Part shown: positions 28,618 to 49,132 of the stretch, piece by piece
Numbering within the stretch: position 1 is the stretch's first letter
Layout of the letters: each line of letters begins with the position of its first letter
Assembly (NCBI RefSeq): GCF_009914755.1
Contig: NC_060926.1
From: the human T2T-CHM13v2.0 reference genome, Homo sapiens
Length of the DNA: 64,000 nt
Reading direction: 5' to 3' (one strand)
Translations under genes and position numbers: made by a program
Notes under the pieces: model-generated
Database searches by the model: none
Seen by the model: the letters and a program-made list of their open reading frames with translations, nothing else
Told to the model about the DNA's origin: nothing

Positions 28618-28894
28618 GATGTAATAGTAACAAAAAGTCTCAGCCTCATTTAAGATAAAAGGCCATCATCAGACAATGCAGGACAGATTGTAACAATAGG
28701 AAGTACTACAGAGATTCAGAGAATGCCATAAATAACCTTGGAATCCTGTGCTTGGGTAAAACATTTGCTTTTTACTTAGCTGATCCCTTAAAGCCTGTTA
28801 AGTTGAAATGTTACAGAGGGAATTTTATATTAGAGTTGGCCACCTCAATTTCATAACTTTTTAAGGAGAAAATGGCTTACATTTGTGCATCTTC

Positions 28895-29010
28895 AAGGTT
28901 TTCAAAGCATTTGCACATTTATTATCTCATTTCATCTTTCTAACCTGAGAGGAAGGTAGAGCAGTTTATCCCCATTTTACTGGTAAGGAAACTGAGGCTC
29001 AAAGAGTTCA
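28895..29010 (-). mobile_element. MIR
   Basis: MIR core atccccattttac...ggaaactgaggctc. Confidence 0.7.
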
Positions 29011-30637
29011 TGTGATGTGAAGAATATTGGAATTAAGGATGCCAGAGAACAATGACTCAGAGTGACCAAGTCATTATGGGGTCCATTTGGAGGTCTCTAT
29101 GTAGAGGGAGAGCTTCCTCAGGGACTCCTGCAGACATCTCCTTATTGGAGGACAGGAGGAAGCTTGAAGACACTTTTCCCCACTCGGACTCAGTACTGAG
29201 TACTTTTCCACTCTAAGTCCTTCACCTTCTCCTCATCCCAGGCCCTGGGTCCATAAAACTGCAGGAGCCTTTTGTTCAAGGGTTCTCTCAGCAAAGCTGT
29301 GCTGATCCACCTGACCCTGGATTGGTGCCATTCTATCACAGCATGGGATTAAAGCCTTGACCCTTCCTTTCATATTGGCTTATTGTCTTCACTGCTTTTC
29401 TGACTTCTGGCACCTCAACTCTCTGGAACTAAGCTCGGCCCTTGACAGTTAGACCTGCTGTCTCTTCCCACTCTGACTTCCCTCTTGTCTCCCATCCCAA
29501 TACTCTTCCTTGCTCTGGCTAGGCACAACCCCCGACTTTAAAGTTTTGGAGTGATCACGGGCATTTCTGGGATTTGGCCAAGGGATAAATTGAGTTGAGA
29601 CTACATTGAGTTTGGGTTTAATGGGATATATGTATGTGGTTTGTAGTCACATCCATGTATAGTTAAGTAATGGTCATACCACTACTGGAATGGTTTCTAG
29701 GAATACTCCTACTAGTGACTATGCGGGTTCACATACACCCTACATATAAAAGCAGGGCCAGAGGTCACACTATGATATGAATGTGACCTATTGCTTGGCA
29801 TCAGAAATATGCGGGTAGTGGAGAAGAAACAGATTGAAATGAACTGTGGTAGATCCATTGCAAGAATGTCTCCAATACTTCCCTGTAGGCAGACCCTTTG
29901 CAATGTGATTTTTTTTAACTCTACCCGTGAAAAGTTGGGCCCACCTCTTGAATCTGGGCGGGTTTCGTGACTTGCAATGCTGTGGAAAGAGTCATACTTG
30001 AAGAATAGGGGTGCTTTAGTCTCTAGGAAGGCGCTACTTTAAACCCATGCTAACAAAGCTTTTAAAATACCCCTCCTATAAGAATCAATGTGATCCATCA
30101 CTAAATTAACTGTCTGTGAGAAAAAAACTCAATACTCTTTAAAGGAAGACAACAAAATCTTGATTCACAGCAATGTAGAATCTGTAATGTCCAGCATATA
30201 ATCTATCAAAATATAAGAGAATCAGAAAAGCAGGAAAACGTGACACATATTCAGAATATATATTGCTGGACAGTGCTGATCACCTGTGTTTTCCAACACT
30301 GGAGGACTTGTGGAATCTTGACTCAGCTTGTCACTCATCAGTGGTAACTGTTCTCTGCTGGCCCTCACAGAGTCTTACTCTGCACATGCACAGCTTTGTA
30401 TTTGGCTAAAGACTTCAGGGGAATCCCTATGCAGGATTCTGTAGTTCCTTCTCTACACCACTCCTTATCCTCAGGTACTCTACCCTACTTACTCTAGGCA
30501 ATTCAGCATCCCTGAGGTCTCTCTGGACTTCACTTTTCCATTCTGCAGTCCAAAATGGGCTCTTGAGCAGAAATCTAGGGCCACCAGGGGGATCATCTCA
30601 TGTGTTTCCCCTCTCTCAGGTTAGCAATCTGTGCTGT

Positions 30638-31442
<805 letters not shown>

Positions 31443-33224
31443 ATATACAATGTCTGAAAGGAGCTGCCTTCTGTCTTTTGTCCAGTTTTAAAGTTGTTTA
31501 CAGTGAAAGGAGGGCTAGCCCACACATGTTATTATATCATGTTTGGAAGCAGAAGTCAGTTACCCTTAAATTAGAGATGAGGAAACTGAGGAACTGAAAG
31601 GTTAAGCAACTTGCCCCAAATCACACAGCCGTTTACCTGTGATGGAGCTTGAATTCAAACCCAGGCAGTCTGTCTTTAGAGATGCTCACTTAATTATTGT
31701 TCTGTACAGCTTCTTAGAAAAATGGCTTTATATATGTATGTAAAATGTTTTGTCCAGTGTAGGTAACATAGTCAATCCTTAATAAAGTCTAGCTAAATTA
31801 TTCTTTAAAATCCTAAAGCTCAGTATGAATTTGTTCCTAGCCCAGTGTTTCAAAGCAAAAGTCCCATCATGTGAGTTGATCTTTATTAACACTAATTTTT
31901 ATTACTGTCCTACTATTAACAAATAAAAACAAAGCATTTGCTTAAGTCCTTTATTAAGTGCATGAACAAAATATTAAATCCTTAGCCTGCTTTCTTTTGC
32001 CATTAAAACTACCTTTCTTAACTAGAAATATGAGATAAAATGAATAAAATAAACCAAGCAATCAGGCACAGGTACTATCAGTTTCTGAATTTCAAATAAA
32101 TCCTGTGCAGTAACACACCCATCTGGCCATAACGGAGATTGCACTAGAATGAAAGCACAAGCTCATAAATAAGAATGTAAATATTTGTAATAGAACCCAG
32201 CATTTACTATACTATCTAATTCTTAATCTGCCATCTAAATGTGCTCCAATTGTTCATCTTATTTTAAAAAATTATGACTGGAGACATCTGTAAGTCCAAG
32301 CCTTTCTTTGGTTTTAGCTCATATACTTGAAAACAGTTTGCCTCTGTCTTCTGCCTCTTTTTTTTGGTGAGATATATGTAAATATTTTTCAAACCTCTAC
32401 TGTATCTATTAGCACAGAATGCTATAAACATGTGGCAGCTATCCATTCACTCAGATCAGCATAGAAAGAAAAACTAGTTTATTCAGGTCTTCTCTCCACG
32501 ATGTCCCACTCTTGCCCCAGCCCAAGCAGTGAAGCAAAAAAAACCCACATATTCCAATCCATCTACTTCACCCTCTCTAATATTCAAATTGACTGAATAG
32601 CTATCAGATCTTCATTACACACTGTTCTCTGCAGATGGCCTTTTTGATAAGTCTTAATCTAAAAAAATTATTGAGGGAAATGAGGAAATCAGAAAATGAT
32701 AAATTAAGTACAAGAAATTTAAGACTTAGCTTATTGTTATCGTCTCCTTTTTGATATCAGCTGTATTTGTGGCAGAAAGCCATCATGATCTGCTATCTCA
32801 ATATACTGTCAAGCTGGTAATTCTGAATATGTTGTCAAGCTTGTAAATGTTCTGAGTAGACCACATCTTCAGTAATTTCCACAAGTTTACAATTTTTCAG
32901 GTAAAGCTATAATTTATTGCCTTAAATTCATTTTTTCAATGTAGTAAGAGCTGCTGCTTAGTTATAATACTCTGAAACTTCCACGAAACTATCCTTTTTA
33001 GAACTCATATTACAATATGGGCTGTTTCATGTTTTTTAACTTCTTTGGACCTTGAGATGCAGTGTTATTCTAGATGCAGCATTACTCACAGTGGACATTG
33101 TCCTCAAATTAGCATAATTTCTATTTCATTTCCTACATACTGTTTTGGATAATGTTGAAAGAAATCTTTTGAAAATGCAAATATTTTTTGTCGCGGCACA
33201 TACACACACTCTCTACAGAAACCT

Positions 33225-33683
33225 TGTCTTAGTTTGTTTAGTGTTGCTTTAAAGGAATACCTGAGACTGGGTAATTTATAAAGAAAAAAATTATTTGGCT
33301 CCTGATTTTAGATGGCTGGAAAGTTCAAGATTGGGCTTCTGCATCTGGTGAGGGCCTTAGGCTGCTTCCACTCATGGCAAAGGTAAAGGGAAACTGGTGT
33401 GTGCAGAGATCACATGCAAGAGAGGAAGCAGGGCTGGGGAAGAGGAAGCAGGGGTGGGGAAGAGGTGCCAGGTTCTTTTTAACAACCAGCTCTTTTGGGA
33501 TTTAATAGCGTGAGAACTCACTCATCCTTAAGGGAAGGCATAAATCTATTCATATGGGATCCACCCCCATGATCCAAACACCTTCCATTGGACCCCATCT
33601 TCCAACACCACCACACTGGGAATCAAATTTCAACATGAGATTTGCAGGAGAAGGGACAAACAAACCATATCCAAACCATAGCA
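33225..33683 (-). mobile_element. MSTB-like ERVL-MaLR solo LTR
   Basis: tgtcttagtttg...atccaaaccatagca termini; internal 20-bp duplication at 33421-33465. Confidence 0.85.
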
Positions 33684-36600
33684 ACCCTGCCAAAAATAAA
33701 AAGCAAAGAAAAAACTGGCTACAAACTCATAATTTATCCTCTCTCTAGAAATTCTAATAAAAGGCAAAAGATATATGATCTGAAGAGAATCCAGAGTATC
33801 TCCAATGCTGACTTGTAATTTTATATATCTTAAATTATGTGATTTATATGATATTCTTATCATCTTTTTTCACTAAACTATAACTCCATATCTCAGGTGG
33901 GACTCTCAGGGAGCAGACTCAGGAGACAGTAGGCAGAAGGTTTATTAGGGAATGCTTTTGTGATCATCATCCGTGGAAGGAATGGAAAGAAATCAGGATT
34001 GGGTGGAAGGAGGACTTGGGTTGTGATACAGTGTCAACAGTGTTCTCAGCTGACCCCATGGGAAACTCTAAAGCTGGTTGGCCCTTTTGATGTCCCATAT
34101 TGGAGCAAGAAGGTCAGGACTTTGTTGCCCAGTCACTGGATGCAAGGAACCCAAAGATGGGGGTGACCTTGGATGCAGTGACACTCTCAGCTGGTCTCAG
34201 TGACTTACCTGGTGATAAAACTCAGTCCTTGATCCTTAGAGGCTCAGAGTCCCCGGTCCCTATAATCTTTTTAGGCTCATAATGGCTGCTACACTGTCCG
34301 TTTACAATCAGAATTGGGCAAGAGCATACCAAGAGGTGCATACGTGCAGTGCTTGGTTACCAACATTTTCCTCCTTCCTCCAACTGTAACCGTGGTCCTA
34401 CCTCCTCTTTATGATAAGATCCATTATCCCTGCCAGGATGTGACTCCTCTTTTTGCCTGCTACTTTCTTGGTACAAGGAACCTGAAGTACCTAGCCCGCA
34501 GATGTAGCTTATAATTCAATGAAACTGATGAGTCTCTTCTTGGGTCTCACTGAACTATAAACTACATCTGCTGGTGGAGGTGTTTCACCTTTAGGAAGCA
34601 GGACCTCTAAATGACAGGACCCAGTGTTGTGGAGCCAGGAAGCACAATTTCCCCCAAGAGAATCACTGGGAATGATAGAAAGCAGGGCCATTCCTGCTTC
34701 TACCTCTTGATTCCTGGACCCATGTATTCTACCTGTTAAGAACACAGCCCTACATAAAGACCATTAAAGTGTCCACTTCATCTTAAAGGATGGTGTTCGT
34801 GTTAGGTATGCCTTCAACAAGTTAATTATTCATTCTATCAGGGTAGAGGCTTCTGGGTGATGCAGCATGTAATAATAAGACAAGCAGAGGCTGTGGTCGT
34901 TTGCCCACTCTTTCCTCCTTTGCTATAAAACAGGTCCCATGAGGTAGTTCAAACTCTCTGAAAGCCCTCAGTGATGCTGGCCAATGCCCTGCAGATAGAA
35001 AAGGAGAATCATTTAGAATATGTGTCTATTCCTGTCAAAATGAGTCACTGCGTCTTGTTAGGATCATTATTGTAAGTCAGCTTGCCACCAAGTGACTGAT
35101 TGGTCTTCTTGAGGAATAGGCACTCAGCATTGCAGCATTGGTCTCTGTTGTTAGCAGGCTGAAAATTCAGCAGTGAATATAACTAGATCAGCCTCAGTGT
35201 ATAGGAGCGCATCCTGTTAGGTCTGTTACATAGCCTCCAATCCTGCCACAGTAGTTATTCCAATGCCAGATGCTGGATGTTATTAACCAGCCAAGTCCTG
35301 ATACTGACTTGGTTGTTCAGGGCCTTTTCCATTATGGATACTTTGTAGTATAGATCAAACGCAGTACAAAGCTCCTAACGCTTTGTGCCCACTCTCATGT
35401 GCCCAATCCACCATTTTTATCTCAAAATCTCTTTGTTCCCAGTAGTTTAGTCTATTTTCAGGACCCTGATCCCATGACCAAGCCAGTTGCCACTACCCAT
35501 GTATATTCTAACCTTGAGACCCTTTCTACACAAATGGACAGCAAAGTATACTGCCCGAAGGTCTGCCCTTTGGGAGGATTTTCCCTTACCATTGACTTTC
35601 AGGGCCACCCCTGAGTGGCACAGTACTATAGACACCATCTATTTTGTTTGCCAAAATATACCCATTTGTGAGTCAAATTCATGCATTTTCCTCTTTCATC
35701 AGCTCGTCATATGGGATCAGTGACAATAAATGTAAGCCAAGGGAGAGACACTGGTGCAACAGTGGTAGAGACATGGGAGTCTAGGCTGCTTGCTAATGTA
35801 ACATACTGTGCCCTTTGCCTATGTTTGTGTTCTACATGTATAGAACCCAGCTCATGATCATTGTTCTTGGCTTCATGGCTACTTGACATCCCTTTGTCTG
35901 GTGCTATATCTCTATAAAAGCCCAGCAGCACATCAGCAGCTGTTTGTTGAAAGGTGTTTACTTCTCTGCTACAGATAGCATGGCCAGACTCTTGGGTCTG
36001 CATTGTGATTTTCCCATTAGGACTTATCATAAACTCCACACAGAATCTTTTCCTATATATCTAATACAACAGCATCTGCTGGGTGGTATGGCAAAGTGGT
36101 AAAACTGCCACCTGGACCTGCTTCAGAGCCCTTTTCTGCTCTGGGTCCCACTTGAAATTGGAAGCCTTTTATGTCATCCAGTGTATAGGTAACAGCAAGT
36201 ATTTCCTGCTATGGCATATGCTGCCTCTAGAACCCATAGAAACCTATCATTCTTTTATGCTACCTTCTTTATGGTGAGAGGTACAAAATGCAATAATTTG
36301 TTGCTTATTTTGGAAGGCATATCTTGGCATGCCCTGGACTGTGGACCCACTAGAGAGCCACCAGTAGAAGTTCCTTGAATCTTTGTAGGGTTTGTCTCTC
36401 ACCTTCGGAGTATATGTGCGGTAGCTCCAATATATTATCTACTTCTTGCTCTTCTGGTCCAGTTAACATGGTATAATTGATATAGTGAATCAGTGATGTT
36501 CTGCAAGATGCCCAGCTGGTCTTGGTCCTTCAGACTATATTATGATAAAAGCTGGAAGAGTTAACATGCTTCTAAGAAGATTATACATGTTCACTATTGT

Positions 36601-36696
36601 CTGATCCAAGGTAATGTGTTTCTGATCCTCTTTTCTAATATAGAAAGGATGCATTTGTCAGATCAACAGCTGCATATTGTATACGTGGTGCCATGT

Positions 36697-39840
<3,144 letters not shown>

Positions 39841-40507
39841 CACCTGATGCCATGTGGGTCTGCTCTAACAAAGATGCCTGTAGCTGTCTCTGTAGGTACA
39901 ATTGGAGCTACTACCTCATAAAGTTTGTGGTAGCCCACTATCTGGTTTTTGGAGGGGCTAGACTGGTAAATTAAATGGAGATACAATTTGAACCATCATC
40001 CCCGAATCTTTTAGGTCTTTTAGGATGGCATTAATTTCTGCCATTCCCTGAAATATTATTTTTTGATTTACTGTATTGGTATGGAGAAGAGGTCAATTTT
40101 TAAAGCTTCCACCTGGCCACTTGGCCTTTATCACTATGTTAGCTCTTACCACACACACCGAGAAACCTGGTGCCACTAATCAAGTGTATTTATCACAATT
40201 ATACACTCAAGGACTAGGTGGGTCTGTGGATATATTGTGAGCCAGACTTGGGCCAGGACACCCTAGGACTTGGCCTCCATAACCCTTACTCTAATCAAGG
40301 GCATATAGTGAGAGTTCTGTGATATCATTGTTAACTCAGACCCTGTTTCCAACAGATATCAAAATGTTGAGTATTCCCCTTTCACCACTGTATGATTTCC
40401 TGAGTAATGGTGATAGGTCCCTTTGGAGAAGGACTAGAGGAATCATTATTGTGCACACTTGTGGTATTACACAATCCTTCCTCCTGGGGACCCAGATTCT
40501 TCTTTAG

Positions 40508-40891
<384 letters not shown>

Positions 40892-41311
40892 TAACTTTTT
40901 TTTAATTGGCTTAGTTGCCAAGAGAGGAAGTTGGGGAGGATCCTGAGGAGTGTATGTTTTGTCCTTGGAGAGAGAGCTCATTGTCTTCAAGCAAAAGAGG
41001 GAGCACACTAGCCCTTATTAGAGAAGAGAGGGGCACTTCTGTAGCCTTAGAAGGTTCTGGAAACCTGAGGATTGAAGATTTTTCAGGTGCATCAACCCAG
41101 ATGGTTTCATCCCATGTGTCAGGGTTCCATTTTTTCCCAATCAGGGTCCTGACAACAGCACAGTAGACCTGCCTAGCTTGGGTCCTAACTTCTTTGGAGT
41201 TTTATTCTCATGACTAAGTCCTGGGCCTGGTCCTCAGCTTCCTCTCCTCATTGGCTTGAGAACCTGAGAGTCTCATATTCTACGAGGGAGGCTTTCTGGC
41301 CCTCACACTGA

Positions 41312-41938
41312 GTTTTTGTTTGTTTTTGAGACAAGATCTTGCTTTGTCACTAAGGCTGAGTGTGTAGTTGCACCCAGGCTGGGAGTGCAGTGGCACAGTA
41401 AGCTACTGTAACCTTGAACTCCTGGACCCAAATTATCCTCTGGCCTCAGCCTCTTGAGTAACAGAACAACAAATGCATGCCACTATGCCCTGCTGATTTT
41501 AAATTTTTGTGGAGATGGGCCTTGCTATGTTGCCCAGGCTGGTCTTGAATTCCTGGCCTCAAGCTATCCTCCCTTTTCAGTCTTCTGAGGCACTGGAATT
41601 ACAGGCATGAGCCACGGCTCTTGGTCCCACACTCAGCTTCTAATTACCAACTAATCACTCTCATTCTTTTATTTTGAGACAGGGTCTCATTCTGTAGCTC
41701 AAGCTGGAGTACAGTAGTGCAAATATAGCTCACTGCAGCCTCAAACTCCTGGGGTCAGGTGATCTTCTTGCCTCAGCTTCCCAAATAGCTAGGACTACAG
41801 CCACAAGCTACTGGGCATGGATAATTTTTTAAATATTTGTAGAGACAGGGTCTCGCTATGTTGCCCAGGCTGGTCTCAAACTCCTGGCTCAGCCTCCCAA
41901 AGTGCTGGGATTACAAGTGTGAGCCACTATGCCTGGCC
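41312..41938 (-). mobile_element. Two AluJ-like elements (~41312-41626 and ~41665-41938) within ERVL gag
   Basis: Divergent reverse Alu bodies with J-type features. Confidence 0.85.
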
Positions 41939-43802
41939 CATTCTCATTCTTCTGTTATCTTTTTCCAAGGTATCGGTCTAGCTCAGTAATAACTCTTCAG
42001 TTCCACTGTCTACACTGTTTCCCACCTGATCTTCGTGCCTGCCGGTGCATTTCTTTGTGTTGACATGCCATCTCAGTTCACCACTAGTCAAAGTTTTAAT
42101 AACTGCACTGTCAGGGTGTGCTAGCAGTTAACTTCTCCCTGCCCCAGTGAGGAGACTCTCATCCTATAAGTGAGAAGGCAAGAGAAATGGCTCCAAAAGC
42201 ACACTGGAGCACCTACTTTCCTGCAACCCTTCTGATACCAAGTATCACAGATGCTGAGATGAAGATTAGTGGGTAGGAGATTTGGATTGCCACCTGTGGA
42301 AAGAAAGGAAACTCCACTGGGTGGAGGAAGAATATGGACTATGATGCAATCTCAAAGGTGGCCTTAGCTGACACTAAGGGGAACTCTGAAGCTAGGATGG
42401 TCTTTCAGATTGTTCTAATATGGGGCAATGGGACTAGTCTTTGCATGCAGCCTGGCCCAAGAAGGAAGTGTGACTTCAGATGAGGTGGCTCTTTTCACTT
42501 AAGAGGGCAATTCTACTGACAGCTGAGGGCCGTTGGGTGCACACTGCCAGAGCGAGAAAACAAAATCCTCTGTAGGGAAGGGGACTGTGTGGCATATCAC
42601 AGCACACCCCGAGAACAAGGGAGCGGCTCTTCATCAAATAACACAATATGGGCCCACATATTCCCAGAGGCTGCTATAGTGCTGGGCACATTAGTGCTCA
42701 ATAACTTATTGAATTAGTATTATCATATTGTGCTATTGCCATCCTCATCTTTTAAAGTCACTTATCACTTAATGGATGTTCTTGTTAGAACTGACACTAT
42801 GAAGATGACTATGACACAATTACCTGTTGAGCCTATTTGAGAAATTAACCTATATTTAACAAGTTTGACTAATTAGATTGGTTAAGAGCCTTAGCAGAGG
42901 GCTAAACAAAATGGTGTTAAAGAATACACCTGATGGTCCAAGAAAATCCCTAACTCCCTAGAAGGTCTGGATAGTCTGAGAAGTGACATTCGAACAGTGT
43001 AATGCACTTTCCTCCAGAGCCAGAAGCAGGGAAAGCAGAGGCAGCAGCAATTTTATCTTCTGGGCACCTTATCCTCAGACCTCATTTTATCAATACATAC
43101 GGACTGTCTACAACCACGTAATATCCTTTTCATCAGCCTTATGAAATTTTCCCCCAATTTATCCAAGTCAGGATTTCAGTATGCAGAAGTCTAATGTCAT
43201 CTTGGAGAGTTCATTGTGCCTCCCCCATATCCAAGACCATTTACTAAAACCTTAGTTCAGTCTTTAAAGAGTCACAAGATCCTATTATGCCTAGTTTTTT
43301 TTCCAGTCTTTTAAGTCTATTCCTTACCTTGCCAAAAAAGTACCTGTTTCTATGGTTTAACAAATGGAGCTTAGAATATGGAACTATGGTAAGTGCTCTT
43401 TAGAATTTAAAATAAGTTACATGTACTGGTTTTCCTTTATTTTGTAGTTTTGTTCTCAAAGAATTCCAGATATGATTTTTTTCCAGACAAAAATACCTGC
43501 TACATGCTTCCTTCTGTATGAATACATGAGACCTACCTTCATTCATGTTTCCTCTATGAAGCTTTCCCTGCACTCCAAACACAGAGCTGAGACTTCCACC
43601 TAATGTAGAAAGCTAGCACGAGCCGGCGCTGACAGATGGAAGACTTGAGATGTTACAAGATTATATATGGAAACACAAAAGGTAAGGTTAAAATCTGTTC
43701 ATTAGACTTATTTCCTAACCTTTTAATCACTCATCACTTTGGAACATTCTTGCAACTGAACTGAATAAGCTGGGAAGGTTTTTTGGGTAATTCTACTAAC
43801 GC

Positions 43803-44114
<312 letters not shown>

Positions 44115-44219
44115 TAAACTAGTAATTCACCTGTGTATGGTTATGTCAAAGAAAAATACAAGGTTGCATACGCTTAGAGAAAGTAAGGAAGTAACCCATT
44201 ACATGTATGTTTGTAAATT

Positions 44220-44888
44220 TTACTTAGGCCATCATTTTTTATTTTCACCTTTGAATTTCAAAGTAAATTAGAGATATGTAAATAACAGAATTATCAACAT
44301 TAAAATCTTATTCACAATGGCTAACAAGAACAGGATGACAGTCAAGTCAGTAGCTTTTTAATAAAATGAGCAGAATCCCATCGTAACAGTTCTTTGTTAC
44401 ATGAATTCAAATACACAGCAGACCAATCATGTTCCCTGAAATTTAACAATCAATCATACTTAATAAAGGCCTGTTAGTGCTGTCCCTCAAGACTCTAATT
44501 CTAAAGGGCTTCCTTTGAATTCCCTTTATAAAGCTTTGTGCAAAGAAGAGCTTAAGCACCAGTAAGAAAGACTGTCGCTAGCATTTTTATTTCATCATCA
44601 ACAACAAACATGCAGTTTCTTTCTCTGATGTGCATGGCACTGTAAAATGGGTGCTACACTCTCTCTTGTGGTACAAAGTTTATAAATACAGTATACTGAT
44701 ACAAAGTTGAAGCCATTAAAAAGAGCTTAATAACAACTATGAGGAGATAATTAAATCTGGAGTGTTGATGGAATCTATGAAGAGATTTAGAAACAAGACA
44801 TAAACACTACGGTAAAAGTTTTACTTGGGAAGGGGCCAGAGGGGAACTTTTTATGTGCTACTGAAAGATTTTTTAAGTTGCTCCAGAT
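44220..44888 (-). other. PRKRA: PRKRA 3'UTR with proximal and distal poly(A) signals
   Basis: Minus-strand AATAAA (TTTATT on +) at 44586-44591 and 44238-44243, each followed by U/GU-rich sequence. Confidence 0.75.
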
Positions 44889-45245
<357 letters not shown>

Positions 45246-45947
45246 TCATAATGATCTGACAGTGTTAAAGACATACAGATATCTAGGCTGCACTCTAGCT
45301 CACTCAATCAGAAATATACAGTTGGGGGTGGCTGATTCCTACACTTAAAAAAATAACAGCTCCCAAGGCAATTCTAATATAGTTAGTTGAACACTATTTG
45401 GAAATTACTGAACCACACAGTAACTTTCTCAAAAGGGAAAGAACCATTTGCTAGAGGACTGGAGAGATTGTATTTTCCACTAGGAAGTCATTTTCAGGAG
45501 GCATTTGAACCAGGAATAACTTCGGTCAAGGCAAAACCTCCCTTGTGTCTTCTATTAAAAAAAAATGTTTAATTGATACATAATAATTGTATGTATTTAT
45601 GCTGTTGTCCATTCATGTTCCTAGGTTTTAAGTCTGTGCAGAGTCTAGTTCTTTATTTATACTGTAAATGGGTCATGGTATTTTAAAAACAATACCTGAC
45701 CCAGGAAACAAACGTTCTTCCCATCAACTGATGAGCCACTCTTACTAAAGATGGCTGAAATGAGGGCAAAGAGGAAGAAATAGAAACGTGTGCGGTATGA
45801 TTTATTTGAAGTAGGCATAATAAAAATGTTATTTTTGATACTCTATTTAGTGGAAAATATCCAGATACAATGGGATTATTTAATGAGTAAAGAGGCTTTC
45901 TAGTTCTAGTATCTAGGTTCTTTTCTCCTGACCCTCCAGCTTCTGCT

Positions 45948-46430
45948 TGAGGCTCATCCATGTTGTAGAATGTATCAGAACTTCGTTTCTTTTTACAGCT
46001 GAATAATATTTCATTGGAAGGACAGTCCACAATTTGTTTATCCACTTATTCACTGATGGATGTTTTGGGCTGTTTCTACCTTTTGGCTTTTGTGAATGGT
46101 GCTGCTATGAATATACAGATACCTGTGTGTATAGGCATTTGTTTAAATACCAGTTTTTTATTTATACTCCTAGGAGTGGAGTTGCTGGGTCATATGGCAA
46201 TTCATTTGAGGAACTGAGAAGCTTATTCCATGGAGGCTGAACTGTTTTATATTCCCACCAGCAACGTGTAAGGTTCCAGTTTATCTACATCATCACCAAC
46301 ACTTGCTATTTTCCATTTCATTAATGATAGCCATCCTAGTGGATTTGAAGTGGTACCTTATTATCGTGGTTTTGATTGCATTCTCTATTGACTAATGATA
46401 TCGAGCATCTTTTCATGTATTTTTTGGTCA
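45948..46430 (-). mobile_element. L1M 3' fragment followed by an Alu monomer (~46440-46578)
   Basis: ggagttgctgggtcatatgg...ttcccaccagcaac, typical reverse L1 ORF2/3'UTR. Confidence 0.8.
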
Positions 46431-46882
46431 TTTGGTCATTTTTCTTTTTTAATTTTAAAATTTTGAGACAGGCTCTCACTATGTTGCCCAGGTGGTCTCA
46501 AACTCCTGGGTTCCAGCGATGCTCATGCCTCAGTCTCCCAAAGGGGTGGGATTACAGGTGTGAGCCACTTTGCCCAGCCCATTTGTATATCTCCTTTGGA
46601 GAATATCTAGGTTCTTTTGAAGGTAGCTGCATATAAACTAGCCAAATTAACAGACTGTGGTTTTTAGATGGCTTTCCATATCTACAAGAACTATTTAGTT
46701 CTCAAAACTGGGAAGAAATGTTTCAGAGGCATCATTAATTCATAATCTAAAAATTTATCTTGGGTTTCCTTTTTTCCCCCAGATTCTGTATCCTCCATAG
46801 TCCTATTCATGACATGGGTCGTTCATCTCTGTATTCTAAACCCTCAATGAACTGTAGACAGTAATAAATATTTATTGGATGA

Positions 46883-47381
<499 letters not shown>

Positions 47382-47629
47382 TCATCAGCCACCTTTTCTA
47401 ACCATCTGTCTGCACTGACTTCCCAGGTTCTGCATCATTATTGGTTTACTGAGACAATGCACTTCACCCGTCCTTCAATCCCAAAGTAGCACAGAATATC
47501 AGGAGTTCTTTGAGCCCCTAAGTGCCCTACTTTCCCAGGGTCAGGGGACCCTGACAAGCAAGGTCCCCACATCTTTCTGTGGTTGGATAGGGATATAAAA
47601 TTTCTCACACATGTTAAATCAAGATACTT

Positions 47630-48198
<569 letters not shown>

Positions 48199-48519
48199 AT
48201 CAAGACACCAAACACACACAACTAATTAGCTCTATAAATTGAATTAAAAGAAAATCCATACTGACTTGCTTTCCCATCTGTCCATATTTGTCTATCCAAA
48301 TGATTAAGGGCTAGAGAAAATACAGATGATGATGGCTGAGATGGGATAAAACTATAAATTGACTTGGTTCCATTTACCTCCCAGAATCAGCATACAGTGA
48401 CAAAGTAGAGAGAAAAGGTCTGGGCACCACAAACTTGTACTTGTGCTAGAAATGTAGGTGCCTTTTCATTTGCCCAGCAGGGCTAGTTTAACAGCCAGGG
48501 TATCTTCTGGGACTCTTCC

Positions 48520-48700
48520 CCAAATCTTGCTCTACCGCTGACTAGCTATGTGATCTTGGGCAAGTTTCTCAACCTTTCTGTGCCTTTCTTCCTTTACTTA
48601 TAAATAAGGATAACAGAATTTGCTTCATAGAGTTAGTCTGAGGATTCAGTAAGTAGATACGTGTAATCTTAGAACAGTGTCTGGCACACAGTAAAACTCT
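48520..48700 (+). mobile_element. MIR
   Basis: tgtgatcttgggcaagtttctcaacctttctgtgcct...cttagaacagtgtctggcacacagta. Confidence 0.75.
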
Positions 48701-48856
48701 ATCTTTGCTATTGTTGTTTTTGTTATAACTGTATAGATGTTAGCTATTATTACTATCCACAAGAATGGGACATATCAATTATATATATTACTGGCCTAGT
48801 AATTATATATACTTAGAATCCCTGATCAATAAAATAAATTGTAATAGAAATTTTTA

Positions 48857-49132
<276 letters not shown>

